This document shows, in pieces, positions 12,501 through 26,729 of a DNA stretch of 64,000 nucleotides. The stretch's first letter is position 1, and each line of letters starts with the position of its first letter. Source of the stretch: Cyanophora paradoxa CCMP329 (lineage: Eukaryota; Plantae; Glaucophyta); the NCBI GenBank assembly GCA_004431415.1, contig QPMI01000395.1:558001-622000 (forward strand), in the 5' to 3' direction. Under the pieces are notes generated by a model, which saw only the letters and a list, made by a program, of their open reading frames with translations, was not told where the DNA came from and ran no database searches. The position numbers were made by a program, and so were the translations under genes.

Positions 12501-15500
12501 AATTCGAAGCGAGGCCTGAAGAGCGAGGTCCGCGGGCGCACTCGTTCGGATCGGGCGCGGCTGCCTCCGCGCCCGTCGCCGCGCTCGTGCTGGCGCTGTT
12601 CTTCTGGGCTCGCCTGGCGGCCAGCTCCTGCCTCCGCGCCTCGTTCTTCCCCACCGCGCTGCACGGAACGAACAAATCAAATTCAGAACCAGCCCGATGA
12701 TTCGATTTCGTATCGTCCGATCGGACTGGGGTGGCGAGTGAACGCACGCTGCGATCTTCTCGCGGTTCCTCTCGTAGACGGCCTTGAGCTCGGCCAGGCC
12801 CCCGGGGTGGAAGGTCCGGAGGCGCGGGACGACGAAGTCTTCCGCATACTTAATGTACGATGAGAGACGCTTCTCGGTTTCCTTGTCCATAGAGCTGAGG
12901 GTCGATTCGCGGTCTGTCGCCAGGTTGTATCTGCGATAAAAGCAAGGAAGGGCCGACATCGATGCGACGAGATGATTGGATTCAAAAAGAAATCGATCGC
13001 GAGAGACGACGGCGGCGGCGGGTTGCGGGGCGCACAGCAGATCCATCATCTCGAGGGAGGATGTCCCGTACTGGGCGATGTGCACCGGCCTGACTTCCTC
13101 GAGCAGCGGCCGCACTGTGATAAAGATGACCCGCGGTATATTCCCGGGAACTTTGCGCTGTCCCCGATACCATAAAATCAGAGAGAACAATATGATATAA
13201 CGTGAGAACCTTAAAGTTTATGGGCACTAGATGTGTATGGGAACTTCGGCAATGATCAAAAGACACATGTACAATTATAATATATAAATATATAAAGAAT
13301 AATAATGCGATGGATCTCGCACGTGATATCATAGGCACTCTTAGATACTCTTAGGAGAAACTCTTAGCAAGCACATGCTCATGCATGTGTCAAGGTATAG
13401 AGGCTCGGCCGAATATTACATCACATCACGTCACATATATAAATCGCACTCACCTCGTACGATGCGCGGAACGCCGCCTCATCCCCGTTGAAGAATAAAT
13501 CGATACCCCGTCCCTGAGATTCGACTTGCTTGCGATGGGTGAGCTTCGGCGCTTTCGGGGCCGGGGCATCCGAAGAGCCGCTCGAGCTCGAGCTCGACGA
13601 GGAGCTCCCGGCGGCTGTATCCCTTGAGATCGCGCAGAAGAACCAGTCAGAGGAGCGAGGCTTGCAATTGCAATTGATCATAAAGAGCGGGGTCTTTGGG
13701 CGCACTCGTTTGAAGCCTGCGCGCCCCTTTCCTTCGCCGCACTCTTGAGAGCTCGCTTGGCAGCCAGCTCCTGCTGGCGCGCAGCGTTTCTTTCCACCAC
13801 GCTGCACGGAAAGAATGACATCATATCAGCCCGATGCTTCAGATTTGAAAAAGAATTCTATAACTGATCGCCGGCCGGGACGTACGCTGCAACCTTCTCG
13901 CGGTTCTTTTCGTAGACGGCCTTGAGCTCGGCGGGGCCGCCGGGCGCGGGGTAGCGCGACTGGAGGCGTGGGATGATGTGCTTGTCTGTGTACATCATGT
14001 ACACTGCGAGGCGCGTTGCAGTCGCCTCGTCCATCGAGCTCAGGGTCGATTCCCGGTCTGTAGCAAGGTTGTATCTGCGAGGAATTTACTTCAAAGCATG
14101 CGCAGTGGAAGGCCATCATGATCAAATGGATTGCCAAGTTGCTTCGAAATTTAAAGGATTCGAGGGACGACCGCGGGGCTCACATCAGATCCATCATCTC
14201 GAGCGTGGCTTTTCCGAAACTAGTAAGACTCTGTGACTTGACTTCCTCGAGCAGCGGGCGCGCTGCGGCAAAAAGGGTCCGAGGGATGCGTGTGCTCACT
14301 ACGCCCTGTCCCCGATCCGATAAATCAGAGAAAACCTCCTGACAAGTTGCAAGAGCACGAGCGCTGGTTATAGCTCTGGATGCACAATGCATTTGTAAAT
14401 GAAGATTGCGATGGACTTCGCACGTTGAATTAATTCATATTAAAGGAGATACTCTTAGCATGCACCTTGCTCATGCACGTGTCACTTAATTAATTAGAAA
14501 TCTTTCGGTTACAGACTAGAAATCACTTAATTAGAATGCACAAGTACTAGTGCCATTATTCACCAACAATAGAGATAATTAATATTGCACTCACTTCATA
14601 TGATCTGAGGTACGCCGCCTCATCCCCGTCGAAGAATAAGGCAGTGCCGTAAGAATCGACGTAGTCGCGCGAGACACCTTTCTGCGTTTGCGCGTGGGCA
14701 CGGGCACCGGGCCGGGAGCCCATGCGGGGCGGGTGTATCAGGAGAGTCGAAGAACAAGATTTATAGGGGCCGCGCGCAGGCTGCAGCAGCACGCCGTGTG
14801 ACGCGCACCTTAGGCTTCTCGCGGGGAGTCTTCCGCTCCCCATCGCAACGTCGACGCTTCGAAGGCTTGGGGGCTGATACTGCTGCTGATGCTGATGCTG
14901 CTGCTGACGACGATGCCGCTGCCGCTGCCGGCCGCTCCGCGTCCGGGGCGACGACGGAAGCAGCTGCCGCCTGCGCCGTCTGCTCGTCCTGCAGCTCCTC
15001 GCGCATCAAGCCGATGATGGGCGCGAAGCGTGGGTCGGCCTCCAGCCGCTCGCGCCTGGGGACCCTCTCCCCGCGCTCCAGCGCCAGGAAGAACAGTGCG
15101 TCGCAGACGAGCGCGTGCCCGCGGCTCTCCAGCCGCAGGTGCTCCTCCAGCGCGCCCTTCACCGCCTGCGCACGACGCCGCGCGCGCCGGCGTGAGCGGA
15201 CTCGCGAGGCTGCGCGTGAGGGAGCTCGGGCGAGCGCGCCTCGTCCGTGGCGAGCTGTTTGAAGACGCCGGGCGCCCGCAGCTGGAGGATCGCAAGATCC
15301 TCCGCCGGCACCGACCCCGGAGCTCCCGCCTTCTGCAGGATCTCTCGCGCTAGGAAGCTGCGAATGCCGGAAGTCGCCACGGCGCCATATGCATATGCAT
15401 GGCCAGCTGCAGCTGCAGCCGGCGCAGCGGCCGCGGCCGCGCCCGGAAACTTGCTCGCGCCGGACACGAGCCGGTCGAGGGCCGTGACCGCAGCTGGACT

Positions 15501-15602
15501 CTGGTTCGAGCTCTCCTCAGCCTCGGCGCGGGCGGCGAGAATCCGGAGCCGCAGCGCCTCAGTTACCCCAAAGCGGTAACTGACGGTCACTGCGGCGGCC
15601 AT
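9522..15602 (-). pseudogene. Paralogue B of the repeated-domain gene; interrupted by the retroelement in an intron within the 4th domain repeat
   Basis: Starts MAAAVTVSYRFGVTEALRLRIL at 15602 and has the same exon series as 16.7-24.8 kb (ATG offset 9190). The series stops after the ...RTSLDLLDLL exon (~9760). The rest of the gene may lie beyond the element, so inactivation is not proven. Confidence 0.6.
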
Positions 15603-16699
15603 GGATACGGGGGCGAGGCGCTCAGCTGCCGCTGCAGTTCTCTGTCATCGCTAGTCGGTGTCGACGGCCCCTAACTGCCGCTGGTGCTAGCGAACCCGAA
15701 TTGTCGTACCCCAGGCGGGCGTCTGGTTTGAGGCCGCTGCGCATGCGCATGCTTCGAATTCGTTGCGGCGCCCTGCGCCGCGCCACCGCTCGGCCACGCG
15801 AGCGGCCGGGCCGCCTCCGCTCGGCCACGCGAGCCCGCGCCTATAGCTAGGCCTGCGCATGCATCCGGCCGCGGCCGCAGCGGCGCGCCGGCGCCGCGCG
15901 CTCGGCCAGCCCTGCAGCCTAGGTCTAAATCTAGATCTAGCTATATATAGATCTGCGCGCGCGCACGCAGGCGCGCCGCTCCAGGTCTAGATCTGGGCGC
16001 GCGCCGGCGCCCGCGGCGCCGGCCGGCCCTAGCCTGCAGCAGCTGAGTCAAGTCCCGGCCCGCAGGTCTATGGCTAGCCCTAGTAAATCTTAATCTGTTC
16101 CATCGGACGTATGCATCAATATCCGCCCAGAAAGCTGCAGCCAATAAGCTAAGCCCGAGCCCGAGGGGAAGGCCTATAGCTAGCCGTGCACGTAGGGGCA
16201 TCGCCGCGGCGCCAGGGGAGGGGGGGGGGAAGGCCGAGGCTGGGTAAGCCGCAGCTGCAGCGGCGGCGGATCGGAGGCGGGCGGGCGGGCCCGGGATGCC
16301 GCCTGGCAGGTGCTGGGCCCGGCGGTCCCGGCCTCGATCGGGGCGCCGCGCCGGCCTCAAGCTCGGGGCGCCGCCCCGGCGGGCGCACGGGCCAGGCGGC
16401 GCCTCCACCCGCCCGCCCCGCGCCAGCCCCTCTTAAGCAGGCCTTGAGGCTGCGGATGAACCCGGGAGGGGGGGAGGGGTGGGGAGTCGGGGAGTTGCGG
16501 ATCGATGGAGGTGGGTGGGGAGGGTGGGTGGGGAGGGGGGGGGGGGGGGGGAAGGGGGGGGAGGTGGGAGGGCGGGGAGGGGGGGCCGGCAGGGGGGGGG
16601 AAGGGGGGGGGAAGGGGAGGGGGGGAAGGACGTGTCGGGGCGGGGGGGGGCGGGACAGGGGGGTACATGGTTGGGGGTGGAGGGGTAGGGATCTGGGTT

Positions 16700-19600
16700 C
16701 GGGAAGTACGCGTGCCGGCCCTGCCGAAATGCTGCCCTCGAAATTCAGGTGCGGCCACTCGAGATCGCGGCGAGCGCCGGCGCCGGGGAGCCCACTCCGA
16801 GGCTCGGCGATGCGGCGAAGGCGGGTGGTCGCACCCGGCTCGCTCGCCCGCGAGCGTTCAGAAGCCGGGTCCGGGCCCGCGGCCGGGGTACGGGATCGAA
16901 GCAACGGCGTTCCACGGCTTGAGACCCCCCGAGGACTCGTCCCAGAACTCGGCCCCCTGCGCCCCGCATCGGACCGGAGGCTAGGTTGCTGTGCGGCGTA
17001 TGCGTCGATATTAAAAGCTCGGCTCACGTAGGTGGTGAGGACGAATTCGCGGATCAGGTGCTTCACCAAGCCCAGGTCGACCTTCCCCGCCTGGATCCTG
17101 CGCGAGTTGAATTAAAACTTGACATGGATCCTGCGCGAGGAAGGGCGGCGCTGACATTGCGGTGGTGAGGGCGAGGCGCTGCTCGGCGACCTTGGCCGTC
17201 ACCTCCTGGTACCGCTCCCACACCGACGGCCCGCTCACCACGGGCGGGGGCGGGGGCGGCAGGGCCCGCACGGCCGCGGCCCCCGGCCCCGCAGCGACTC
17301 CGGCCGTGCCCGCGCGATTCGAGCTGCGCTTTGCTGTGAGGCGGGCGAGCTTGGGGGCGGGCGGGCGCGCGTGCGTGAGGGGCGGGCGCACTGCTGCTGC
17401 GCGTGATGCCTGTGGCCGGGGCCGGTCGCGGCGTTCAGGTTGGCCAACGGGACCGCTCCGGAGACCGCTCCGGTCGCGGCGTAGACCGCTGGGACCGCTC
17501 CGGAAGCCATTCCGGGAATTCCTCCGGAAATTGCGCCCATGCTCGAGCTCGCGACTGCAGCCGGCGCGCACCCGGCTGCGAAGACTGCTCCGGGGAACGC
17601 TCCGGGCACGGCGCTCGCGCTCGAGCTGTAGCTCGCGATCGGCGCCCCCCCGAACGGTTCGGGGGCCCTGGGGGCGCCCGGGGGAGACGGCCAGGGCGGG
17701 GCGGAGCTCCGGGGGGCGAGCCCTGCGCCGCGGCCCGCGCCGCCCTCGTCGCTCGAGCTCGACGACGAGCTCGAGATCCACGAGTGCATTTCCCTGAGAA
17801 TGATAATAATATTACCGATCAGGTCCAGAAGAATGAAAGAACCGGAGGGCGCGGCGCACTCGTACGCGTTCGACCACGGGAGGAGGTCGGGCCCCGGGGC
17901 CCCCGGCGCCGGCCCGCCCTGCAGGGGCACGGGCCCGGCGGCGCCCCCCGCGCCGATGTTCTTCTGGCGCGCCCGCTCGGCCAGGAACACCTGCCGAGAG
18001 ATAGCGCAAGCTTAAGGTGCCACGTGTACGGTGGCTTATAATTACGCGTGCCCTGTCATTAAGGACTTTCATCGTGAGAATCTTAAATTGATAGCAGGTA
18101 CAAGGCCTGGCCATAGGGCTGGTCATCAAATTGAATCCCGTCACACCTAAGGTACCTTCTATAATTGAGCTATACGCCGCCGCCGCTTCTAGAACGGGAG
18201 CACGCCTAGCGCATCCGCTAAACCCGCAAGGGATCTAAATTCCTCGCTTGTGCGCGGTGTGGTCATCAAATTGCTCGGGCAAGAGCACCTGCCTGCGCCC
18301 CTCGTTCTTCGCCACCGCCCTGCGCGCGAGAGCGGAAAGAATATTAATGAATGAATGAATTCGCATCCACGGCGGCCGTCGGTCCGACGCTTCGCTTGAG
18401 ATCTAAAGCTCCCATATATATGCATGGCAGCCGTCCAAACAGGCAGCGGCGACGCGTGGGGTACGCGCACTCTACAACCTTCTCGCGGTTCCTCTCGTAC
18501 ACGGCCTTGAGCTCGGCCAGGCCGCCGGGGTAGCGGGTCTGGAGGCGCGGCACGATGTGCTTCTCTGCGTACTGGATGTACTTGGGGTCCAGCATCTGCT
18601 CCAGGCGCATCGCGGTAACCCCGTCGACCACGCAGAGCGCCGGCTCGTGCCTAACCGCCAGGTGGTACCTGCGCATGCAGCGACCAAGTGAGGCGCGGCG
18701 CGGGAGGCTTGGATCGGGCTGGCGACGCGGCTGCATTTTCTCACTAAAGCCTCGGCGCGGTCGATATATATACATAAATACGACGCGACAGCTGGCGCTA
18801 GCGCTAAAGTTGGAGCTTAATATTAATATGGACCGGAGGTGGAGGGGGCCGGGCGCACAGGAGGTCCAGAAGGCCGAGGGCGGCCCTCATGAGGTCCATT
18901 ATATAATTAACTCGCTTAAGCTATTTTTTGAAGCTATATATATATATAGATTATCTAACTATCTCATTATCTTATAAGCGGGCACTACAACTCATTATCC
19001 TATAAGCGGTCGCTGTATCTCATTGAATTATCGTTAGGGGGCGCACATGAGGTCCAGGTGGTCGAGGGAGGGCTTCGCGAGCCGGCAGACGTGCTTCCGC
19101 GAGGCTTCGACGTCGACGAGGAGGAGGCGCGCCGCGCGGAAAAGGTGGCACGCGGTGCCCAGGCCGGCCTCCCACGGCGGCCGCTTCTGGCCCGGCGGAA
19201 CGAACCGGCCCTGCCAAACGGTCGATCCCGATCCGCCCACGGTGCAGCGCGGTCGGAGATCGATATCGAGAGAACTATCGCGGCGATTACCGTAGTACTA
19301 GTGCACGGGCGGCGCCGGCAACAGGTACCACACGCAATGCCGTACAACGAAGGCTAGCTCGCTTCTAAGCAAACTCGCTATACATTAAATATTGGAAGGG
19401 GCGCCCAATACATTAATCAAAGGTCGCGTCGCTCGATTTTAAATCATAGAGTGAAATCGAGGAGGCCGCGGCCGTGCACTAGTACTCACATTGAATGAAT
19501 TGCGGAAGGCCGTCTCATCCCCGTTGAAGAATTCGGCGACGGCGTAAGCCTGGGTGTGATAATCCCCGGACCCTTTCTGCGTTTGCGCGCGGGGCCCGGC

Positions 19601-22600
19601 CCACACCGGATCAGCCGGGTTATCAGTTCGAGGAATCAAAGATAACATAGTCAAGGCTAGTTAAGTAAAGGCCGACGCCAGGGCTGGTGCAGAGACTGCA
19701 TCTAGATCTAGATCTGCACGTGCGGCTGCAAACTTTTGATCATGAAGAGACGCACCCTCTCTGCTAGTGTTTGCCCCACAGGCCCAGGGGGGAGGCGTCG
19801 ACGCGATCCCGAACTGCGCTTCGATCCCGATCGGGAACTGCGCATGCGCTCCGATGTGAGGCGAGCGGAGAGCCGCCCACGCGGGAGGAACGGGCGCACC
19901 GCTGCTGCCCGTGAACGGTGCCGGCCGAGGCTGCGCCGCTGACCGCCGGGGCCGCTCGGGGGATCACGCTTGCGCTCGCGACCGCTGTCAAAGCAGGCCC
20001 GGCCGGTCCGGAGGTCCGGAGGGCGTCCGGCGGAGGCGGCCAAAGCTGCTGGCTGTAGTAGGGGCCGGCCGCGCCGCTGACCGCCGGGGCCGCTCCGTGT
20101 GCGGGGGCCGCGCTCGGGCCCGAGCTCGAAGCGGGCCCGGCCGGTCCGAGCGGCTGGCGTGCCGAATCCGGGGGACTGGCCGCGGCCGCGGCCCCGGCAG
20201 CTGCTGCCGGCGCCTCGCCCCTCTGAGGCGGTAGCGAGGTCCCCGCCTCCCTAAACAAGTTCAGATCAGATCAGATCTGAGGCGACGAAGCGAAAGGCTT
20301 GGAGATCGCGGTCCGCGGGCGCACCCGTTGGAAGCCTGCGCGCCGCCCTCCGCGGCCACCGCGACGCTCGTGCGCATGCTGAGGACGCTCTGCCGGGCTT
20401 GAGATCGTGCGGCCGCCTGCACTTGCCTTCGCGCCGCGTTCTTCTCCACCGCACTGCACAAGGAGAACATTCGTGATCAGCCCGATGCTTCAGAATCGTT
20501 AACGGTGCAGGCATCCATGGCCATCTACTAGCTAGTACTAGGCGAGATCGGTATGGCGCGTTGCACGCACGCTGCGATCTTCTCGCGGTTCCTCTCGTAC
20601 AAAGCCTTGAGATCGGCCAGGCCGCCGGGGTGGTAGGCCCGGAGGCGCGGGACGACGAACTGGTTCGCGTACATTGTGTACAGTGACTCGTTCACCGAAG
20701 TCGGCTTGCTCAGCAGGCTGGAGGCCAGATCGGGGTCTGTCGTCAGGTTGTATCTGCAAGCGAAGGAAGCTTGGTCAAGGGAGGGCCGACGGCGGGATGA
20801 TTTCCTTTGCTTCGAAAAGTATGCAAGATCGAGAGACGCTGACAGCCGACCGCGGGGGCCGGGCCGGGGCGCACGCACATCAGATCCGTCTTTTCAAGGA
20901 GGGATTTCCCGTAGTGGGCCAAGTGCGGTGTCCTGACTTCCTCGACCAACGGGCGCACGGCGCGGAACACTTGGCGGGGGATGTCCACGGTCACCACCCC
21001 CTGTTCCCGATTAGAGCAATTAATCAGCGATAATCTCGTGACGGATGGCGACGATAATATCCAATTCGATGAAAATTAAATGTTAGAGTGCACATTATTT
21101 CGAAGCGAGTGCGTGGGCGCTGCAATGAATGCGACAGAGGCGGCCATTGCATTGTAGGCAAGCGCCATATGCATGCTCTAGATCTAGATCTAGAATCTAC
21201 CCGTCTCACAATATTTTAATGAGCCGCGCGCCGTGTGCCTCGTCTTTGAAAATCGAAATCGTCGCGTCGAGCTCTAGACTAGCTTTAGCTAGGAGGCCGC
21301 GGCCGTGCACTCACCTCAAATGATTTGCGGAAAGCCGCCTCATCCCCGTTGAAGAATAAAGCGGTGCCGTAAGCGTAGGTCGGCCGGTCCGACTTGTGTT
21401 TTGGCTGCGCGCAGGGCTCGTCACGGCGTCCCTATCGGCAAATTCGAGAGCACTAGGAGGCCTAGGGGCGGAGAGTGCCTTTATTATTATTTATTACGGA
21501 TTTATTACGGGACGCGCCTTTTTGAGGGGACCGTCCGGCCCCGCCGAATTCGAAGGAACCGATCCGGCCGTGGGGCCTACGCCTGCGACAGGGCTCGCGG
21601 TTGATCGCGAGCTCGACGCGACCCGACAGTAAAGGATCTGCAGCTGGATTCGCGATCGCGTTTCGGACCTTGGACGTCGGCGGCGCCACCCGAGCCCGCG
21701 GGCGCGCCCCCCGCACCCGCCCGGGCCCCGCGGCCGCCCTCGTCGTCGCCCGAGCCCGACGACGAGCCCCCCGCAGCCGTCTCCCTAGAGGCAACGCAAG
21801 CAGAGATCGCATCAGAGGCAACGAAGCGAGGCCTGAGCATGAAGAGCGAGGTCCGCGGGCGCACTCGTTCGGATCGGGCGCGCCTGCCTCCGCGCCCGTT
21901 GCCACGCTCGTGCTGGCGCTGTTCTTCTGGGCTCGCCTGGCGGCCAGCTCCTGCCTGCGCGCCTCGTTCTTCCCCACCGCGCTGCACGGAACGGAAAATA
22001 TTAACTAAAGTGCAGGACCAGCCCAATATTCATGCTTCAATTTTGCATCGTCCGATCGGGGTGGGGCGACGTGTGCACGCACGCTGCGATCTTCTCGCGG
22101 TTCTTCTCGAACACGGCCTTCAGCTCGGCCAGGCCGCCGGGGTGGTAGGTCTGGAGACGCGGGACGACAAAATCGTCCGCATACTTAATGTACTGTGAGA
22201 GGCGCTTCTCGGTTTCCTTGTCCATCGAGCTGAGGGCCGATTCGCGGTTTGTCGCCAAGTTGTATCTGCGAGAGACGAAATCAAAAAGAATTTGAGAGAC
22301 AGCAGCGGGCGCACAGCAGATCCATCATCTCGAGGGAGGATGTCCCGTACTGAGCGATGTGCACCGGCCTCACTTCCTCGAGCAGCGGCCGCACTGTGAT
22401 GAAGACCGCCCGCGGGATGTTCCCGGGGATCTTGTGCTGTCCTCGATGCCATATATAGAATCAGCGAGAATTCGAATATCGTGAAAACCTTAAAAGTTTA
22501 TGATCATAGGCACTAGATGTGAATGGGAATGGGAAGAATATTAATGCGATCGATCTCGCACGTGATAACGATATCGAAGGAGAAACTCTAAGCAAGCACA

Positions 22601-24792
22601 TGCTCATCAATGTGTCAAGGTATAAAGGCACTCGGCCGAATATCACATGCACCGCGCTCACCTCGTACGATGCGCGGAACGCCGCCTCATCCCCGCCGAA
22701 GAATAAATCGATACCCTGAGATTCGACTTGCTTGCGATGGGTGAGCTTCGGCGCTTTCGGGGCCGGGGCATCCGAAGAGCCGCTCGAGCTCGACGAGGAG
22801 CTCCCGGCGGCTGTATCCCTTGAGATCGCGCAGAAGAATCAATCAGAGAAGCGAGGCTTGCAATTGCAATTGATCATAAAGAGCGGGGTCTTTGGGCGCA
22901 CTCGTTTGAAGCCTGCGCGCCCCTTTCCTTCACCGCACTCTTGAGAGCTCGCTTGGCAGCCAGCTCCTGGCGGCGCGCAGCGTTTCTCTCCACCGCGCTG
23001 TAGGGAAAGAATGACATCTTCATCAGCCCGATATCGATGCTGCAGATTTAAAAATACTTGATCGGTATCCAAACGGGCAGGGACTTACGCTGCAAGTTTC
23101 TCTCGGTTCTTTTCGTAGACGGCCTTGAACTCGGCGGGGCCGCCGGGCCCGGAGTAGCGCGACTGGAGGCGTGGGATGATGTGCTTGTCTATGTACATCA
23201 TGTACACTGCGAGGCGTGTCGCAGTCGCCTTGTCCATCGCGCTCAGGACCGATTCCCGGTCTGTAGCAAGGTTGTATCTGCGAGGAATTTACTTCAAAGC
23301 ATGCGCAGTGGAAGGCCATCATGATCAAATGGATTGCCAAGTTGCTTCGAAATTTAATTTAAAGGATTCGCGGGACGACCACGGGACGCACATCAGATCC
23401 ATCATCTCGAGAGAGGCTTTTCCAAAACAAGTAAGACTCTTTGACTTGACTTCCTCGAGCAACGGACGCGCCGCGACGAAAATGGCCCGAGGGATTTGTA
23501 CGCTCACTACGCCCTGTCCCCGATCCCATCCATCAGAGAGAATCTCGTGACATGATAGCGGAGCGCAAGCGCCAGCTTAGCCTGTTATCGATAGCTCTAG
23601 ATGCACGTATATATGCATTTGTACGGGAAATGATCATTTTCGCATGAAACAAATTAAAGAAGATACTTTAAACAAGCACCGCGCTCATGCACGTGTCACT
23701 TAATTAATTAGAAATCTTTCGGTTACAGACTAGAAATCACTTAATTAGAATGCACAAGTACTAGTGCCATTATACACCAAAAATAGAGATAATTAATATT
23801 ACACTCACTTCATATGATCTGAGGTACGCCGCCTCATCCCCGTCGAAGAATAAGGCAGTGCCGTAAGAATCGACGTAATCGCGCGAGACACCTTTCTGCG
23901 TTTGCGCGTGGGCAAGGGCGCGGGGCCCATGCGGGGCGGGTGTATCAGGAGAGTCAAAGAAACTAGCTTTGGAGGGGCCGCGCGCAGGCTGCAGCTGCAC
24001 GCCGTGTGACGCGCACCTTCTCGCGGGGAGGCTTCCGCTCCCGGTCGCGACGTTGACGCTTCGAAGGCTTGGGGGCTGATACTGCTGCTGATGCTGATGC
24101 TGCTGCTGACGACGATGCCGCTGCCGCTGCCGGCCGCTCCGCGTCCGGGGCGACGACGGAAGCAGCGGCCGCCTGCGCCGTCTGCTCGTCCTGCAGCTCC
24201 TCGCGCATCAAGCCGATGATGGGCGCGAAGCGCGGGTCGGCCTCCAGCCGCTCGCGCCTGGGGACCCTCTCCCCGCGCTCCAGCGCCAGGAAGAACAGTG
24301 CGTCGCAGACGAGCGCGTGCCCGCGGCTCTCCAGCCGCAGGTGCTCCTCCAGCGCGCCCTTCACCGCCTGCGCACGTCGGCGCGCGCGCCGGCGTCAGCA
24401 GACTCGCGACGCTGCGCGTGAGGGAGCTCGGGCGGGCGCGCCTCGTCCGTGGCGAGCTGTTTGAAGACGCCGGGCGCCCGCAGCTGGAGGATCGCAAGAT
24501 CCTCCGCCGGCACCGACCCCGGAGCTCCCGCCTTCTGCAGGATCTCTCGCGCTAGGAAGCTGCGAATGCCGGCGGTCGCCACGGCGCCATGGCCATGGCC
24601 AGCCGGCGCCGCGGCGCCGGCCGCGGCCGCGCCCGGAAACTTGCTCGCGCCGGACACGAGCCGGTCGAGAGCCGTGACCGCAGCTGGAATCTGGTTCGAG
24701 CTCTCCTCTGCCTCGGCGCGGGCGGCGAGAATCCGGAGCCGCAGCGCCTCAGTTACCCCAAAGCGGTAGCTGACGGTCACTGCAGCAGCCAT
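16700..24792 (-). CDS. Paralogue A: multi-exon hypothetical protein with four copies of an unrecognised ~130-aa helical domain separated by low-complexity linkers (3' end approximate)
   Basis: ATG at 24792. The recurring exon set FF(N/D/G)GDE(A/T)A(F/Y)xxS(Y/F)x | P/CxxxFxA/TxRPLLxEV...LExxDL | YNLATD...Y..Y....VPRL...PGGLAELKAVYERNREK | AVxKNxARR occurs at ~23.8-22.9, 22.7-21.8, 21.3-20.3 and 19.5-18.3 kb, with GTGAG/GTGCG donors at equivalent positions. Confidence 0.7.
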
Positions 24793-26099
24793 GGATACGT
24801 GGGCGAGGCGCTCAGCTGCCGCTACAGTTCCCTGTCATCGCTAGTCGGTGTCGACCGCCCCTAACTGCCGCCGGTGCTGGCGGACCCGAGCTGTCGTACC
24901 CCTGGCCGCTTGACGCGGCAATGACGCCGCTGCGACGGTGACGTCGACGCCGCTGCGCCGTCTCCGGCGCCCTGCGCCGCGCCACGGCTCGGCCACGCGA
25001 GCGGCCGGGCCGCCTCCGCGCCTGCGGATGCAGCGCTAGCTAATTTTATAAAGCCGGCGACGGCCGCGGCCGCCGCCGCGCGCGCGCCAGATCTAGAGCC
25101 CTCCAGCCAAGATCATCGGATCTATAGCTAAATCTAGCCGCGCAGCGCGCGGCGGCGCCCGCATGCAGCCGCGCGTGCGCCAGCCTAGCCAGCTGTAGTA
25201 TAAGTAGCAGCTGAGTCATGATCAAGTCTCGCAGGTCTATAGCTAACCCTAGTAGATCTAGATCTGGAAAGGAGAGGCCCTTAGGTCTGTGCCTATCTTG
25301 TGGCAAACTTCAAATTGATTTTATAGACAAATTTTTTGGACCTAGGTACCCATTTTCGACCCATATAGCTAACCCTAGTAGATCTAGATCTGGACAATCG
25401 TACGTATGGCATCAATATCGGCCCGATAAGCTGCAGCCTCTCCAACTCAGTCACCCCGGGCCGGGGCCGGCCCTGAAGCCTCGTGTGTGTGGGAGGAGAC
25501 CGCCGAGGGGGGTGGGACCGCCGGGCGGTCCGGACCCGATCCGTCGGCCCCGGAACGCCCGCCGGTCCCGCCGCGGGAGGAGGGGGGTGGGGGAGGAGAT
25601 CGATCAGGGACGAGGCGACGGGGCGGCGCCGGCCCGCCGGCCCCCCGCCTCCAGCCGGAAGCAAGCGCACGGGGGCCGGTCGCCGCCTGGCGAGGCGCGA
25701 GGCCGTTTCTGCGAACGAAGCGTCAGGGGGTACCGAAGCGCCGGGGGCGGCCCGGGAGCGCGCGGGGCACCCGAACCGGTCTTCGGGGTACCCAAATCGG
25801 ACGTCGGGTACCCGCCGGCGTTCCAGCGGAGGAAGTGCTCGAGGCACGGTACCCCCGGGCGCATTGAGCCAGGGGGGTACTCCGTCGGCCGATCTCGCGC
25901 GAAGCCCGATCAGTCCGCCCGCGCCAGGGCTCTCGCCCGTGCTGCTGTACCCATCAGCGAGCAGGTGCAGCGCAGTGGGGTGAGGGGGGATGGGGGAGGG
26001 AGGGGAGGGCGGGAGAGGAGGGGGAGGAGGGGGGGGGGGCGAGGGGCGGGGGCGGGCGGGGGCGGGGGGCGGGGGGGGGGGGGGGGGGAAGGTTGAGAG

Positions 26100-26694
26100 G
26101 GAGGGAACGAGCGCGGGGGAGAGCGCACCGCGGTATGGGTTCTGAAGTCGACTCGTGAAGCCGTCGGGGCGAAAGGAGAGGTGAGGCCGCGCCGCCCGCC
26201 CTGCTCCCCGTCGACCGAAGGCGGCTTGGCAGCGACGCGAAAGGCCTGCGCGTCGCGGGGGCGTCAGCTGCGGGCGCGGAGGCCGCGGGGGCCGGGCGCC
26301 GGGCGGCGTGCCTCCTCTTCCTCCTCCTCCTCCGATTCGGGCCCCGCCTCCGATCCGGCGGGCCGCCGCGCAGCGAGGGCGCACGATCACCGCCGAGGAC
26401 GGCCGACGGGGCGGCGGGGCGACGGGGCGACGGGCGCGCCGCGCCGGGGCGGGCTTGAGGCGGCGGGCGGCGGGCGGGCTCGGCGGGCTAGAGCTCGCCC
26501 GCGCCTCGCGTGAAGCGGTGCAGGAGCCGGGGGGCGGAGGCGGCGGCGGCGGGCGTGTGCGAGCAGACTGCAGCTGCGCTGCGCAGAAGCGGACATAGTC
26601 GGTCCCGGTGCCGAGTGGGAGGGCCGGGGCTCGGCGGCTAGAGCCTCGCGTGAAGCGGTGCAGGAGCCGGAGGGCGGAGGGGCGCCGGTCGGCT

Positions 26695-26729
<35 letters not shown>

